From Candidatus Binatia bacterium (GTDB taxonomy: Bacteria > Desulfobacterota > Binatia > UBA9968 > CAXXLF01): a stretch of 64,000 nucleotides of DNA. The stretch covers positions 1,376,001 to 1,440,000 of the forward strand of contig CAXXLF010000002.1 in NCBI GenBank assembly GCA_963664015.2. The letters run 5' to 3'. Below are positions 10,800-21,508 of the stretch, piece after piece (position 1 is the stretch's first letter; every line of letters starts with the position of its first letter). The notes under the pieces were generated by a model. It ran no database searches and had not been told where the DNA came from. It was given only the letters and a program-made list of their open reading frames with translations. Position numbers and translations under genes: made by a program.

Positions 10800-11378
10800 C
10801 TATTTATAACGTTTTTCTATCGCTAAATCAAGTGCGGTTTGTTCCCATAAGGAAAGATATCGAGCTGGGATTTCGGAAGATAAAAATAAAGGTGCCGACT
10901 GGTAGAAGTGGACTCCTTCGGCCCCAGCTGCCTCAGCCTCGATAACCAACACGGCGGGATCATGATCTCGTCTCCTTCCCACGGAAAGGGCGTCTTCCAC
11001 GGAATCGCTAAGGTGGACAAAGTGGCTTCCCGACGGCTTAAGACCGGTCTCCAATAGATATTAAGCCAGGTCTCGGGTGGTTCCATTATAGAGGTATAAA
11101 GGAGGGGGAGTTCTTTTATGTTCCAGATTAACGGGGAAGGAGTGACCATCGGTCGCGCGGACCAGACCATCGAGCAGCTCGAAGCGCATCTTATCCACGT
11201 CTTCGACCACGTTGAGGAGATCCGCCACTTGGGCATCGGGGAAACGGCCTTGAACCACCTCCAGCAATTGTGCCAGGGGGACAAATCCTCTTTCATCAAA
11301 GCTCAGGGGATAGTCCTGCGGCCGATGGCGGAGCAGAAAACTTAAAAAACGTAAAAGTCGTTCCGTGGGTACCATCAT
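10800..11378 (-). pseudogene. kptA: RNA 2'-phosphotransferase (KptA/Tpt1), in-frame TAA at 11061-11063
   Basis: LSFLLRH, KMRF, GHS, VHLS motifs; two ORF pieces in one frame separated by TAA; HGT motif reads NGT. Confidence 0.85.
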
Positions 11379-11440
11379 CGTAGATCTCGGGAATATGAAT
11401 TCGCCCTTGGCGAATCATCTTGATATCAGTTTGACTCCAG

Positions 11441-11815
11441 TTACTTCAAAATCCGCACTCCCGCAGGCCAAAGGACCAAGATGATGGCCTCACCCATAGC
11501 CCGGGGTGTATGAATCGACCCTGGGTCAAGATAGACAATATCCCCTTCGCTGTAAACCCCCGTTTCATCCTCGATCCCACCTTTGATGACGAGATAGAAT
11601 TCTCCACCCACGTGTTCATGGGTCAGAAAGGCGCTTGGATCGGCGTTGTCCGAAACGCGGTACAAGACGAGTTCGCTCTGACCTTCACGGGCCAGCCTGG
11701 CCATGGAAAGACCCATACCAAAATCCTTCCACGGGAGGGACTGGAGGGAATCCGGGTTAATTTCGAAATCAAGCAATCCCTTAAGCGAATGGTGCAACAA
11801 GGTCATGGAAGTCAA
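11441..11815 (-). CDS. Cupin-domain protein (ChrR-like cupin)
   Basis: HEHVGGE.YLV..G...D..G.Y..GD.....PGS.H.P cupin pattern. Confidence 0.75.
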   Translation of the reverse strand: MTSMTLLHHSLKGLLDFEINPDSLQSLPWKDFGMGLSMARLAREGQSELVLYRVSDNADPSAFLTHEHVGGEFYLVIKGGIEDETGVYSEGDIVYLDPGSIHTPRAMGEAIILVLWPAGVRILK

Positions 11816-11932
11816 CCGGACCCCTTCTTATCACAGCTTAGCTCGTGAAAGGAAGCAGTCCGGATCGTTGGTCAACCATCGGGCTATTGATATTTCTAAA
11901 GAACGCGGCGCTGGGCCACTGATGAAAGACGA

Positions 11933-12397
11933 CTAAGCCGTCGTTTTCGCTTCGGTTTGCTTCTTGGGTTGGGTTTTCTTTGCCGCCGAACGCCTTCTAC
12001 GTCTGCCGCCGCCGGAAGGCGTCTCTTCCTTTGCCCCCTCGCCCTCGGGAAGGATCTCCACTACGGAAACGGGAGCATTGTCGCCCTTGCGCATTCCGAT
12101 CTTGACGGCGCGGGTATAGCCGCCAGGACGGTCTTTAAACCGGGGACCTAAGGAATCGAAGAGTTTGGCGACCACCGCCTTGTCCTGAATCACCGCCAGG
12201 GCCTGGCGCCGCGCATGCAGCCCTCCCCGCTTGCCAAGTCCAATCATCCAATCGACCCAGCCTCTGAGCTCCTTGGCCTTGGCATCGGTGGTCTCAATGC
12301 GGTCATGGCGCAGAAGCGACGTTACCAGGTTTCGCATCAGGGCCCGGCGATGGCTGGAGTTTCGGCTAAGCTGTCTTCCCTTTTTTAAATGACGCAT
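11933..12397 (-). CDS. rplQ: 50S ribosomal protein L17
   Basis: [19 protein letters not shown]; basic C-terminal tail. Confidence 0.98.
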   Translation of the reverse strand: MRHLKKGRQLSRNSSHRRALMRNLVTSLLRHDRIETTDAKAKELRGWVDWMIGLGKRGGLHARRQALAVIQDKAVVAKLFDSLGPRFKDRPGGYTRAVKIGMRKGDNAPVSVVEILPEGEGAKEETPSGGGRRRRRSAAKKTQPKKQTEAKTTA

Positions 12398-12400
12398 GAC

Positions 12401-13423
12401 CTATGCACTTTCTTTATGCTTGGTTTGGCGGCTGCTGTCTAGTTCCTCGCGGGTCGGGAAACTGTCCAGTTTCATTCCGATCTCAAGGCCCATGTCACGC
12501 AAGATCTCTTTGATCTCGTTTAAGGATTTCCGTCCGAAGTTTTTCGTTTTCAACATCTCCTGCTCGGTCTTTTGGACCAGCTCGCCGATATACCTGATAT
12601 CCGCGCTTTGCAGGCAGTTTTGAGAACGTACAGAAAACTCCAATTCATCGACGCTACGGAACAAGTTCTCGTTCAATGCGGTTGCTGCCGTCTCCTTGCG
12701 TGTTTCTGCCTCCTGCAGGTCTTCTTCAAAATTGATAAAGACGTTAACCTGATCCTGCAGGATCTTGGCGCCATAGGCCAGTGCATCCTCAGGCTTTACG
12801 CTTCCGTCGGTCCAGATTTCCAGGACCAAACGGTCGAAATCCGTTCTCTGCCCGACTCGAGCGTTGGTCACGTGAAAATTAGCCTTTCGGACTGGTGAAA
12901 AGACGGCATCCATAAAAATAGTTTCGACCGGGGCTTCTTCCTCTTTATTCCTCTCGCTGGGTACATAGCCCCGTCCCAATCGGGCTGTCATCTCCATCTC
13001 CAAGATGCCGCCCTTGGACAGAGTCGCAATAAACTGACCCGGATTGATCACCTCAACATTGGGTCCCGATTGGAGGTCCCCGGCTAGAATGGTCTTGGGG
13101 CCCGTGAGCTTCAACTTGAGGGTTTCCCGCTCTCCTTCGTGAAGTTTTAAACGCACTTGCTTGAGATTGAGAATGATATCGGTCACATCCTCGGTCACCC
13201 CGGGAATGGTGGAAAACTCGTGCAATGTGTTTTTAATGCGCACTGCCGTGATGGCCGCCCCCATGAGTGATGACAAGAGGATACGGCGCAGTGAGCTACC
13301 GATGGTCTCGCCATACCCCCTTTCAAAAGGCTCCCCGTAAAACTTGCCGTAGGTGGGAGTCAGGGTCTTATCGTCCGCCTCAAGTTTGGTGGGTTTGATC
13401 AGTTCAGTCCAATTTTTATTCAT
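12401..13423 (-). CDS. rpoA: RNA polymerase alpha subunit
   Basis: [25 protein letters not shown]. Confidence 0.98.
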   Translation of the reverse strand: MNKNWTELIKPTKLEADDKTLTPTYGKFYGEPFERGYGETIGSSLRRILLSSLMGAAITAVRIKNTLHEFSTIPGVTEDVTDIILNLKQVRLKLHEGERETLKLKLTGPKTILAGDLQSGPNVEVINPGQFIATLSKGGILEMEMTARLGRGYVPSERNKEEEAPVETIFMDAVFSPVRKANFHVTNARVGQRTDFDRLVLEIWTDGSVKPEDALAYGAKILQDQVNVFINFEEDLQEAETRKETAATALNENLFRSVDELEFSVRSQNCLQSADIRYIGELVQKTEQEMLKTKNFGRKSLNEIKEILRDMGLEIGMKLDSFPTREELDSSRQTKHKESA

Positions 13424-13444
13424 ATCGTCTCCATTTTGTGAAGA

Positions 13445-14071
13445 TCACTTTGAGTACAATTCGACAATCAGTTTTTCGTTGATGGGCGTAGTAATATCAT
13501 TGCGTGTGGGCAACACTTTCACCTTCCCAGCAAACGCTTCCGAATCCAAATCTGCCCACTCGGGCACACCCCGTCGCTGGGCTCCTTCGATAGCGGAAAG
13601 GACTCGCGTCATCTTCCGACTGTCTTCTCGGACCGAAACAACATCGCCAGCACGGACAAAATACGACGGAATTGTCACGCGCTTTCCGTTCACCTGAATA
13701 TGTCCGTGCCGAACCAGCATGCGGGCATCGGCGCGTGAGCTGGCAAAACTCATACGATAGGTCACGTTGTCCAAGCGTCTCTCTAAAAAACCCAGCAACG
13801 CCTCTCCGGTAATCGCCCTTGACCTTTCGGCCTTGGCAAAAGTGCTCCGGAACTGTTTTTCCAAAAGGCCATACATGCGCTTGACCTTTTGCTTCTCACG
13901 CAACTGGATCTTGTATTCTGAATACTTTTGCCTGGATTGACCATGCTGCCCGGGGGGATAGTTTCGGCGCTCGATAGCGCACTTATCCGTGTAGCACCTT
14001 TCCCCCTTCAAATAGAGCTTGAGGTTTTCACGGCGGCAAAGCCGACATACGGATCCTGTGTATCTAGCCAA
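13445..14071 (-). CDS. rpsD: 30S ribosomal protein S4
   Basis: [24 protein letters not shown]. Confidence 0.98.
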   Translation of the reverse strand: MARYTGSVCRLCRRENLKLYLKGERCYTDKCAIERRNYPPGQHGQSRQKYSEYKIQLREKQKVKRMYGLLEKQFRSTFAKAERSRAITGEALLGFLERRLDNVTYRMSFASSRADARMLVRHGHIQVNGKRVTIPSYFVRAGDVVSVREDSRKMTRVLSAIEGAQRRGVPEWADLDSEAFAGKVKVLPTRNDITTPINEKLIVELYSK

Positions 14072-14117
14072 TAGGTTCTCCTTTATCTTCTATCCTCGGT
14101 TTTCTAACTCCGATTTC

Positions 14118-14561
14118 TCACACTCTTCTCCGCTTGGGAGGCCGACACCCGTTATGGGGGATTGGGGTTACGTCTTTGATCATACTGATGTGCAAGCCCC
14201 CCAGTTGCAATGACCGAAGCGCTGAGTCCCTACCGGCTCCGGGGCCCCGAACATAGACCTGTAACGCATGCATCCCATTGTTCATGGCCTTTTTTGCAGC
14301 GCTGTCGGCGGCGCGCTGGGCCGCGAAAGGCGTTCCCTTCCTAGATCCCTTGAACCCCATTGCACCGGCGCTGGACCAGGCAACGACGTTTCCCTGACCA
14401 TCGGTAATGGTCACAATTGTATTATTGAAGGTAGAGTGGATATGGGCTATCCCATCCCGGATGTTCTTCCTTCCTTTCTTCTTCTTGGCACTCTTGTCCC
14501 CGGTTTTCTCCGCCTCTGCCGGGGCAGTGCTTGTCTCGGCCTGTTTTTCTTCCTCTACCAT
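14118..14561 (-). CDS. rpsK: 30S ribosomal protein S11
   Basis: [35 protein letters not shown]. Confidence 0.98.
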   Translation of the reverse strand: MVEEEKQAETSTAPAEAEKTGDKSAKKKKGRKNIRDGIAHIHSTFNNTIVTITDGQGNVVAWSSAGAMGFKGSRKGTPFAAQRAADSAAKKAMNNGMHALQVYVRGPGAGRDSALRSLQLGGLHISMIKDVTPIPHNGCRPPKRRRV

Positions 14562-14625
14562 GTCTTCTCCTTAACAAAAACTTTCAGCTCAAAGCTTCAA
14601 CTCGATACGGGCTAGCTGGAGGCTC

Positions 14626-15009
14626 CTAACGTTTCGTCGGTGCTTGCTTCTTACCTGCCACCGTCTTGCGAGGCCCCCTACGGGTCCGCCCATTGGTATG
14701 GGTCCGCTGCCCTCGTACGGGCAAGCCTTTCCTGTGCCTCACACCGCGGTAAGAACGCATCTCCATGTGACGCTTGATGTCCCCTGCCACTTCGCGCCTC
14801 AAGTCCCCTTCAACCCTGATCCCTTGGTCAATCACTTTACGGATCTTGACCACATCATCGTCCGTTAAGTGATCGCTCTTAACATCGAGCCCGATGCCTG
14901 CTTGATGGAGAATCGAGCGCGACTGGCTTTTCCCTATGCCATAGATGTAGGTCAACGCGATCTCCATCCGTTTTGCCTTGGGTAAGTCTACCCCTACTAT
15001 ACGTGCCAT
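14626..15009 (-). CDS. rpsM: 30S ribosomal protein S13
   Basis: [24 protein letters not shown]; ATG at 15009 with GGAGG RBS. Confidence 0.97.
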   Translation of the reverse strand: MARIVGVDLPKAKRMEIALTYIYGIGKSQSRSILHQAGIGLDVKSDHLTDDDVVKIRKVIDQGIRVEGDLRREVAGDIKRHMEMRSYRGVRHRKGLPVRGQRTHTNGRTRRGPRKTVAGKKQAPTKR

Positions 15010-15020
15010 AAATCCTCCCG

Positions 15021-15098
15021 CGAATAGCAAATAGCCAATAGCGAATGGCTCCCCTCTTCTCCGCTATCCACTATTTGCTGTTTACTATTTGCCATTCA
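15021..15098. repeat. Heptamer inverted-repeat hairpin (CAAATAG-like x4 / CTATTTG-like x5)
   Basis: CGAATAG CAAATAG CCAATAG CGAATGG ... CTATCCA CTATTTG CTGTTTA CTATTTG CCATTCA. Confidence 0.75.
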
Positions 15099-15209
15099 GC
15101 CTTGTCTCTGCTTGTGCCTGGGGTTGACACACTGAACTCGGACCACTCCCCGTCGGAGAATGACCTTACATTTGCTGCATATCTTTTTTACCGATGCTCT
15201 GACTTTCAT
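15096..15209 (-). CDS. rpmJ: 50S ribosomal protein L36 (zinc-binding form; below ORF-track cutoff)
   Basis: Manual translation [37 protein letters not shown]. Confidence 0.97.
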   Translation of the reverse strand: MKVRASVKKICSKCKVILRRGVVRVQCVNPRHKQRQG

Positions 15210-15287
15210 AATGAACTCGATTTTTCTGGTAACGCCTGGTACCCATCGCAATGACAACCCGTTACCGATTATTATTCTTTTGTTTTC

Positions 15288-15506
15288 CTATCGCTCCCTG
15301 TAAACAATTCTTCCCCGGGCCAGATCATAAGGTGACAATTCGATCTTCACCTTATCTCCCGGCAGTATTTTGATATAGTGCATCCGCATCTTGCCGGAGA
15401 TATGGGCCAGGACTTTATGTCCGTTTTCCAATTCTACCCGGAACATGGCGTTGGGAAGCGTCTCCAACACCGTACCGGTAACTTCAATAGCGTCTTGTTT
15501 GGGCAT
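15288..15506 (-). CDS. infA: Translation initiation factor IF-1
   Basis: [26 protein letters not shown]. Confidence 0.98.
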   Translation of the reverse strand: MPKQDAIEVTGTVLETLPNAMFRVELENGHKVLAHISGKMRMHYIKILPGDKVKIELSPYDLARGRIVYRER

Positions 15507-15509
15507 AAC

Positions 15510-15593
15510 TAGTTAGCAAATAGCGAACAGCCGATAGTGGGAAGGTTGCTCCTTACGCCTATCAACTACTCGCCGTATGCCATTCACCATTCC
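15510..15593. repeat. Heptamer inverted-repeat hairpin (same family as 15021-15098)
   Basis: TAGTTAG CAAATAG CGAACAG CCGATAG ... CTATCAA CTACTCG CCGTATG CCATTCA CCATTCC. Confidence 0.65.
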
Positions 15594-16351
15594 TAAATCC
15601 GGCTCAATATCTCCGGTCCGTTCTTTGTTATAGCCACCGAATGTTCAAAATGGGCAGCTAGGCTGCCATCCTTTGTGACCGCGGTCCAACCGTCTTCCTT
15701 GAGCTCGACCGCAGCGGCTCCCGCATTGACCATGGGCTCGATGGCCAAGACCATACCCTCCATCAACCGGGGGCCCCTTCCCGATTCACCGTAATTGGGG
15801 ATCGGGGGCTCTTCGTGGAGCTTTTTACCAATTCCATGACCGACAAATTCCCGTACCACCGAGAATCCCGCATCCTCAACTAACTTTTGAATTGCCGACG
15901 AGAGATCGCCCAACCTGTTACCCTCCCGTAACTCTTCAATGCCTCGGTAAAGGGAATCCCGCGTAACGTCCATGAGCCGCTGGGTACTATCGCTGATCTT
16001 TCCTACGGCAACGGTAACAGCCGAATCGCCATAGAAGCCCTCGTGAATCACTCCAAAGTCAAGTCCAACAATGTCCCCTTCTTCCAACACCCTGTCCGAA
16101 GGCATTCCGTGGACGACCTCCTCGTTCACCGAGGCGCAAAGCGTGTAGGGGTAGACCCGCCCTGCCACCGCGTACCCCTTAAATGCGGGCTTAGCCTTTT
16201 TCTTATACGTCAACTCCTCCGACAGGGCATCCAGTTCCAACGTCGTTATCCCTGGAGCAACTTTAGCCTTAAGCTCTGCTAGAATCTCGGCGACAATCCT
16301 GTTGGCTTGCCGCATAATTGCGATTTCTCTGGCCGACTTTATGAAGATCAT
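15593..16351 (-). CDS. map: Type I methionine aminopeptidase
   Basis: SVNEEVVHG.P, GHGIG..LHEEP, AIEPM, AHFEH; ATGA overlap with adk stop. Confidence 0.97.
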   Translation of the reverse strand: MIFIKSAREIAIMRQANRIVAEILAELKAKVAPGITTLELDALSEELTYKKKAKPAFKGYAVAGRVYPYTLCASVNEEVVHGMPSDRVLEEGDIVGLDFGVIHEGFYGDSAVTVAVGKISDSTQRLMDVTRDSLYRGIEELREGNRLGDLSSAIQKLVEDAGFSVVREFVGHGIGKKLHEEPPIPNYGESGRGPRLMEGMVLAIEPMVNAGAAAVELKEDGWTAVTKDGSLAAHFEHSVAITKNGPEILSRI

Positions 16352-17013
16352 CTCCCCTCGAGTTCGAGCGCTTGAAAGACGCAATTTCTAATCGCTTCGA
16401 CCCCCCCCACACCGTCGATTTCCCGCAACAGTCCCTGCGATCGGTAATATTCGATCAACGGGGAGGTCTGTCTTTCGTACACTTTCAACCTGGCGGCAAT
16501 GGTCTCTTCCCGATCATCGTCCCGTTGAAAGAGCTCTGCCTTACAGCGATCACAGACACTGGGATGGACCGGAGGACTCAATACCCGGTGATACAGGGCA
16601 CCACACTTCGTGCAGGTCCGTCGACCGGCCAACCTTTGGATGGTTGTTTCGCGGGGAACATTGACGTACAGAACGTGGTCCAGCGGGCGATCGATCTTTT
16701 CCAAGTTCTCCCTCAACCCCTCTGCTTGAGGCGTTGTACGAGGAAATCCATCCAGGATGAATCCGTTGGTACAGTACTTGTCGGACAATCGTTGGGCAAT
16801 CATATTTAACACGAGAGTATCGGGAACCAATTCACCTTTTGTAATATACTGGCCTGCCTCTTGACCCAACGGGGTCTGGTCCGCCACGGACTTTCTCAGG
16901 ATGTCTCCCGTGGAGACGTGGGGGATCTTGGCTCGCTCGCAAACAAACTTGGCCTGAGTTCCCTTGCCCGCCCCGGGAGGTCCCAACAGGACCAAACGTA
17001 GACTTTCCCCCAA
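16348..17013 (-). CDS. adk: Adenylate kinase (Zn LID)
   Basis: GPPGAGKGTQA, GFILDGFPRT, CxxC...CxxC. Confidence 0.97.
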   Translation of the reverse strand: MGESLRLVLLGPPGAGKGTQAKFVCERAKIPHVSTGDILRKSVADQTPLGQEAGQYITKGELVPDTLVLNMIAQRLSDKYCTNGFILDGFPRTTPQAEGLRENLEKIDRPLDHVLYVNVPRETTIQRLAGRRTCTKCGALYHRVLSPPVHPSVCDRCKAELFQRDDDREETIAARLKVYERQTSPLIEYYRSQGLLREIDGVGGVEAIRNCVFQALELEGR

Positions 17014-17022
17014 TCAAGCCTC

Positions 17023-18333
17023 CTACCCCTTCCTTCCTCGGAGACGACCTCGCTTCATAAACCCTTCATAGTTCCGAGAGATCAAATGGGTTTCGGCCTG
17101 AGCTACCGTATCCAAGGCAACACCCACGACTATGAGAAGTGCTGTACCCCCAAAGAAAAATGGGACGTTGAATTGGCTTATAAGCAGAGTCGGCAACAGC
17201 GCAACCGCCGAGAGATAAATGGCGCCGCTTAACGTAATCTTGGAAAGCACCCGATCGATAAAGTCGGCGGTTTTCTGTCCTGGTCGAATGCCTGGGATAT
17301 ACCCCCCGGCCTTTCGCATGTTCTCAGCCACATCCACCGGATTAAAAACTACAGCCGTATAAAAATAACAGAAGAAAATGATCAGGACGACGTATAGAAC
17401 ATTGTTGAGCCATTCCCCGGGAGCCAAATAGACGGCCGCAGACTGAGCCCAGGGGTGTTGGATAAACTGGGCAATCGTGGCCGGGAAAATCAGTACCGAT
17501 GAGGCGAAGATAACGGGAATGACGCCCGCCGTATTGATTTTGAGCGGCAGATGGGAGGTCTGCCCGCCATACATCTTGCGTCCTACGACACGCTTGGCGT
17601 ACTGAACCGGGATTCGTCTCTGACCGCGTTCAACGAAAATGATAAATCCGACCACAGCCACTACGATCACTACGATAAAGAGAACCATCAAAGGCATGAG
17701 CTCTCCCTCTCGAACGAACTGAATCGTGGAGGTGATCCCTGAAGGCAACCGTGCTACGATACCCGCAAAGATAATGAGAGAGATACCGTTGCCGATGCCT
17801 CGCTCTGTTATTTGCTCTCCCAACCACATGATAAATGCCGTTCCCGACGTAAGCGTAATGACCGTCATCAGACGAAATGGCCAACCGGGATCCAAGACGA
17901 TGGCTTCACCGCCCGGCCCCCGGCTACTTTCCAGTCCGATACTCATCATCAGCCCCTGAATAACCGCAAGAACGATGGTTCCGTAGCGGGTATACTGGGT
18001 AATCTTCCTTCGACCAACCTCCCCTTCTTTGGATAGCCGTTCCAGATAAGGAAAAACAACGGTCAGCAGCTGCAAGATGATCGACGCACTGATGTAGGGC
18101 ATAATGCCCAGCGCAAAAACCGAAAACTGCTCAAAGGCCCCGCCAGAAAAGAGATTGACGAGCCCAAAGATCGTATTTTCAACCGAGGCAAAAAATGCGG
18201 CCAGCGCCTGGCGGTCAATGCCCGGCGTCGGAACGGCCACCCCCAACCGGTAAACGGCTAGCATGGCCAGAGTAAAGAAGATCCGCCGCCGCAGCTCCGG
18301 TACTCTGCTGGCGTTTCGAAAACCTTCAATCAT
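17023..18333 (-). CDS. secY: Preprotein translocase SecY
   Basis: [38 protein letters not shown]. Confidence 0.98.
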   Translation of the reverse strand: MIEGFRNASRVPELRRRIFFTLAMLAVYRLGVAVPTPGIDRQALAAFFASVENTIFGLVNLFSGGAFEQFSVFALGIMPYISASIILQLLTVVFPYLERLSKEGEVGRRKITQYTRYGTIVLAVIQGLMMSIGLESSRGPGGEAIVLDPGWPFRLMTVITLTSGTAFIMWLGEQITERGIGNGISLIIFAGIVARLPSGITSTIQFVREGELMPLMVLFIVVIVVAVVGFIIFVERGQRRIPVQYAKRVVGRKMYGGQTSHLPLKINTAGVIPVIFASSVLIFPATIAQFIQHPWAQSAAVYLAPGEWLNNVLYVVLIIFFCYFYTAVVFNPVDVAENMRKAGGYIPGIRPGQKTADFIDRVLSKITLSGAIYLSAVALLPTLLISQFNVPFFFGGTALLIVVGVALDTVAQAETHLISRNYEGFMKRGRLRGRKG

Positions 18334-18772
18334 TGGGAAGCGCTTCTACCCGTCCGCCCGCGGCTTCGATCTTTTCTTTAGCCTTGCTGGAAAAATGATG
18401 GGCTTTAACCGTCAGAGCCTTGCCCAAGCTTCCCTCGCCCAAAATTTTGAGTGCGGTCTTCTTCTTCACCCAACCCCGGGAATACAACATTTCGGGTGAG
18501 ACTTCCGTTCCCGCCTCAAGACTCTCCAACTGGCCCACATTCACCAATGCGAATTTTTTCTTAAAGGGATTGTGAAACCCCCTCTTTGGGAGACGCCGCT
18601 GGAGGGGCATCTGGCCCCCTTCGAAACCGGGCCTGGGCCCTCCACCGGCCCGGGCCCCCTGGCCTTTGTGCCCACGGCCCGAGGTTTTCCCGTGTCCGGA
18701 ACTTTCTCCGCGCCCCACGATCTTCTTCGGCCTGCGTGACTTGGGATGAGGCGACATATCACTCAAATCCAT
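18326..18772 (-). CDS. rplO: 50S ribosomal protein L15
   Basis: [27 protein letters not shown]. Confidence 0.97.
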   Translation of the reverse strand: MDLSDMSPHPKSRRPKKIVGRGESSGHGKTSGRGHKGQGARAGGGPRPGFEGGQMPLQRRLPKRGFHNPFKKKFALVNVGQLESLEAGTEVSPEMLYSRGWVKKKTALKILGEGSLGKALTVKAHHFSSKAKEKIEAAGGRVEALPND

Positions 18773-18785
18773 ATGCACACTTCCT

Positions 18786-19283
18786 TTAGCGGATCTCCGA
18801 TAGTACCTTGCCCCTCAAGCTGGCGATCTCGTCCGGTGACTTGAGCTCCTTGAGGGCTTCAAGGGTTGCCTTGACCATGTTATGGGGGTTGCGGGATCCG
18901 ATGCACTTGGTCAGAGCATTCTGAATTCCCGCTGCCTCGACCACCGCCCGGACACCACCGCCGGCGATTACGCCAGTCCCCTCGGAAGCCGGTTTGAGCA
19001 TGACGTAACCTGCGCCGAACCGACCGGAAACCTCAAAAGGTATAGTTCCATCGATAATAGGGACCCGGATGAGACTCTTCTTGGCCTGGTCCACACCTTT
19101 TCGAATGGCCTCTGGAACCTCACCGGCCTTGCCCATACCGAACCCCACATGCGCTTGACCGTCGCCCACTACCACCAGTGCGCTAAAACTAAATCGTCTT
19201 CCACCTTTGACCACTTTGGCCACGCGGTTGATGTGGACGACCTTCTCTCTTAAATCCATGCCTTGCGGATCAATGCGTTCCAA
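18786..19283 (-). CDS. rpsE: 30S ribosomal protein S5
   Basis: [24 protein letters not shown]; TTG start with AGGAGG RBS. Confidence 0.98.
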   Translation of the reverse strand: MERIDPQGMDLREKVVHINRVAKVVKGGRRFSFSALVVVGDGQAHVGFGMGKAGEVPEAIRKGVDQAKKSLIRVPIIDGTIPFEVSGRFGAGYVMLKPASEGTGVIAGGGVRAVVEAAGIQNALTKCIGSRNPHNMVKATLEALKELKSPDEIASLRGKVLSEIR

Positions 19284-19294
19284 AGGTCCTCCTG

Positions 19295-19660
19295 TTAGAA
19301 TTGTAACCCGCCCTCTCGGGCGGCATCGGCCAGAGCCTTGACACGACCGTGATAGAGAAATCCGTTACGGTCAAACACGACCTTGCTAATTCCCTGCTCC
19401 TTACAGATCTGTGCCAGTAGAGCACCGACCTGCTTGGCCGCCTCCAAGCCCTTGACGCTTTTCGGAGCGGCCTTGAATTCTTTCGATAGGGTCGACGTGG
19501 CTACCAAGGTAGCCCCCTTCTCGTCGGAAATAACCTGAACGTAGATCTGCTTTTGGCTTCGGAAGACACACACCCGGGGGCAGCTGTCTGTTCCCACGAC
19601 CTTTCGGCGGATCTTTTTTTGCCTTCGTCGGCGACCCAAATCTCTCTGATAGCTCAACAT
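19295..19660 (-). CDS. rplR: 50S ribosomal protein L18
   Basis: [26 protein letters not shown]. Confidence 0.98.
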   Translation of the reverse strand: MLSYQRDLGRRRRQKKIRRKVVGTDSCPRVCVFRSQKQIYVQVISDEKGATLVATSTLSKEFKAAPKSVKGLEAAKQVGALLAQICKEQGISKVVFDRNGFLYHGRVKALADAAREGGLQF

Positions 19661-19706
19661 GACAGTTCTCTCTTAACCTCGCGCCATTACAAACAGGGCC
19701 GATCGG

Positions 19707-20252
19707 TTAACCCGAAGACCCCACGGCTTTGCCTGCCTTTCGGCGGATGACTTCTTCCTGATACTTGATGCCTTTGCCCTTGTAGGGTTCCGGGGACCTG
19801 AGCTGGCGAATCCGGGCCGCCGTCTCGCCCAGTAGCTGTTTATCGCAGGAATCCAGCGTGACGACCGTCTGCCGATCGACCTTCGCACCAACTCCCTTGG
19901 GCAACGGAAATTCGATCGGGTGTGAATAGCCAAGGGTGAGATTCAGGTTCCCCCCTTTCACTTCCGCTCGATATCCAACACCGTTGATCTCCAGAATCCG
20001 CGTGAAACCCTCGCTGACCCCGGTGACCATGTTACCGATGAGTTTACGGGTTAGTCCATGCATAGCCCGGTTATCCGGCGTATCCGATTCGCGACCGACT
20101 TTGAGTTCCTTCCCTTCCATCTTGACCCAAATATTTGACGGGATACTGCCGCTCAAATTACCCTTGGGACCCTCCACACTGATAGCTCCCGGATCTACCT
20201 TGATCCGGACACTGTCGGGAATTGATAATGGAACTTTTCCTACGCGAGACAT
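19707..20252 (-). CDS. rplF: 50S ribosomal protein L6
   Basis: MSRVGK.P, GVGYRA, PEPYKGKGI. Confidence 0.98.
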   Translation of the reverse strand: MSRVGKVPLSIPDSVRIKVDPGAISVEGPKGNLSGSIPSNIWVKMEGKELKVGRESDTPDNRAMHGLTRKLIGNMVTGVSEGFTRILEINGVGYRAEVKGGNLNLTLGYSHPIEFPLPKGVGAKVDRQTVVTLDSCDKQLLGETAARIRQLRSPEPYKGKGIKYQEEVIRRKAGKAVGSSG

Positions 20253-20270
20253 AATAACGGTCCCTCAATT

Positions 20271-20675
20271 CTACCAGACGGAACAGATCACCTCTCCGCC
20301 TACGCCTTCCTTCTGCGCTTTGCGATCCACGAGCAGTCCCTTAGGAGTCGAAATTACATTTATCCCGAGCCCTCTACGTACAGGTGGAATCTTCTTGCTC
20401 CTCACGTATACCCTGCGTCCGGGGCGGCTGACACGTTGAATTCCCAAAATCACGGGATTGTCGCTTTTGTCAAACTTGAGCTGGATCCGTAATACCTCTC
20501 CCACCTTATCTTGGGACTTGCCCTTTTTGACTTCTTGCAGGTATCCCTCTTCCGTAAGTACCCGGCTGAGATTTTCCTTGAGCCGTGACCAGGGCACTTC
20601 GACTTCCCGGTGGTGCGCTCGGCCCCCGTTACGGATCCGGGTTAGCATGTCAGCAATTGGATCTGTCATCGACAT
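20271..20675 (-). CDS. rpsH: 30S ribosomal protein S8
   Basis: MSMTDPIADMLTRIRN, SRPGRRVY, GGEVIC. Confidence 0.98.
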   Translation of the reverse strand: MSMTDPIADMLTRIRNGGRAHHREVEVPWSRLKENLSRVLTEEGYLQEVKKGKSQDKVGEVLRIQLKFDKSDNPVILGIQRVSRPGRRVYVRSKKIPPVRRGLGINVISTPKGLLVDRKAQKEGVGGEVICSVW

Positions 20676-20691
20676 AATTTTCCCTCTACAG

Positions 20692-20877
20692 TTACCAGCT
20701 CGCCTTGATGAGCCCTGGGATCTCTCCTTTGCGCGCTCGATCTCTAAGGCAGATACGGCACATCCGAAAGCGGCGGTAAAATGCCCGCGGGCGACCACAA
20801 AGGGGGCATCGGTTATACCCCCTGACCTTAAACTTGGGTGTTGCCTCGGCTTTGATCCGAAGACACTTCTTAGCCAT
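20692..20877 (-). CDS. rpsN: 30S ribosomal protein S14 (short Zn-binding type)
   Basis: RCPLCGRP...CRICLR, 61 aa. Confidence 0.97.
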   Translation of the reverse strand: MAKKCLRIKAEATPKFKVRGYNRCPLCGRPRAFYRRFRMCRICLRDRARKGEIPGLIKASW

Positions 20878-21433
20878 GATTTTCCTTTATCTCCTCTTTA
20901 GCAAAGGGCAAACCCAAATGGGTCAAGAGCGCCTGCACTTCGTTCTCTGTTTTAGCCGTCGTCACGATAGAAACCGTCATCCCATGAACTTTATCGACCG
21001 TGTCCACTCCGATCTCGGGAAACATGACTTGCTCCCGGATCCCCAATGAAAAGCTACCCTTACCACCGAGGGAGCGCTTCGAGAGCCCCCGGAAGTCACG
21101 CACCTGAGGTAGAGCTACATGGATCAGGCGATCTAAAAACTCGTACATTCGCTCTCTTCTCAGCGTGACCATGCAGCCGATGGGACTCCCCTTGCGCAGC
21201 TTGAAGTTGGAGATATCTTTTTTGGCCCGGGTCACCACCGGTTTCTGTCCACTGATGGCACGCATTTCGGCCACCGCCGTATCCAGGAGCTTGCTGTTCT
21301 GAAGGGCCTCCCCCATGCTTACATTCAGGCTAATTTTCTCGAGTCTCGGCACCTGGTGAAAATTCTTGTAGCCGAACTCTTTCATCATGGCTGGAACCAC
21401 TTCATCCTGATACTTTTGTTTTAAATCTGCCAT
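20870..21433 (-). CDS. rplE: 50S ribosomal protein L5
   Basis: GQKPVVT.AKK.ISNFKLR, LP.VRDFRG. Confidence 0.97.
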   Translation of the reverse strand: MADLKQKYQDEVVPAMMKEFGYKNFHQVPRLEKISLNVSMGEALQNSKLLDTAVAEMRAISGQKPVVTRAKKDISNFKLRKGSPIGCMVTLRRERMYEFLDRLIHVALPQVRDFRGLSKRSLGGKGSFSLGIREQVMFPEIGVDTVDKVHGMTVSIVTTAKTENEVQALLTHLGLPFAKEEIKENHG

Positions 21434-21508
21434 TACGAACCCTTGTTAAACCAGTTTAAGCAGCGAACCCGGTCCATGGACCGTCCAGAACTCCCTGTTC
21501 ACCACACC

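Noticed and set aside
11061-11063. Recoding or read-through of the kptA stop
   Set aside because: TAA is not a Sec or Pyl codon, it is used as a normal stop throughout the window, and catalytic residues are also lost.
14083-14117. Further period-7 tract between rpsK and rpsD (TTATCTT CTATCCT CGGTTTT CTAACTC CGATTTC)
   Set aside because: Too degenerate and has no inverted arm, so not called, though it may be a half element.
15021-15593. CRISPR array
   Set aside because: Units are 7 nt, degenerate and abutting, with no spacers and no cas genes in the window.
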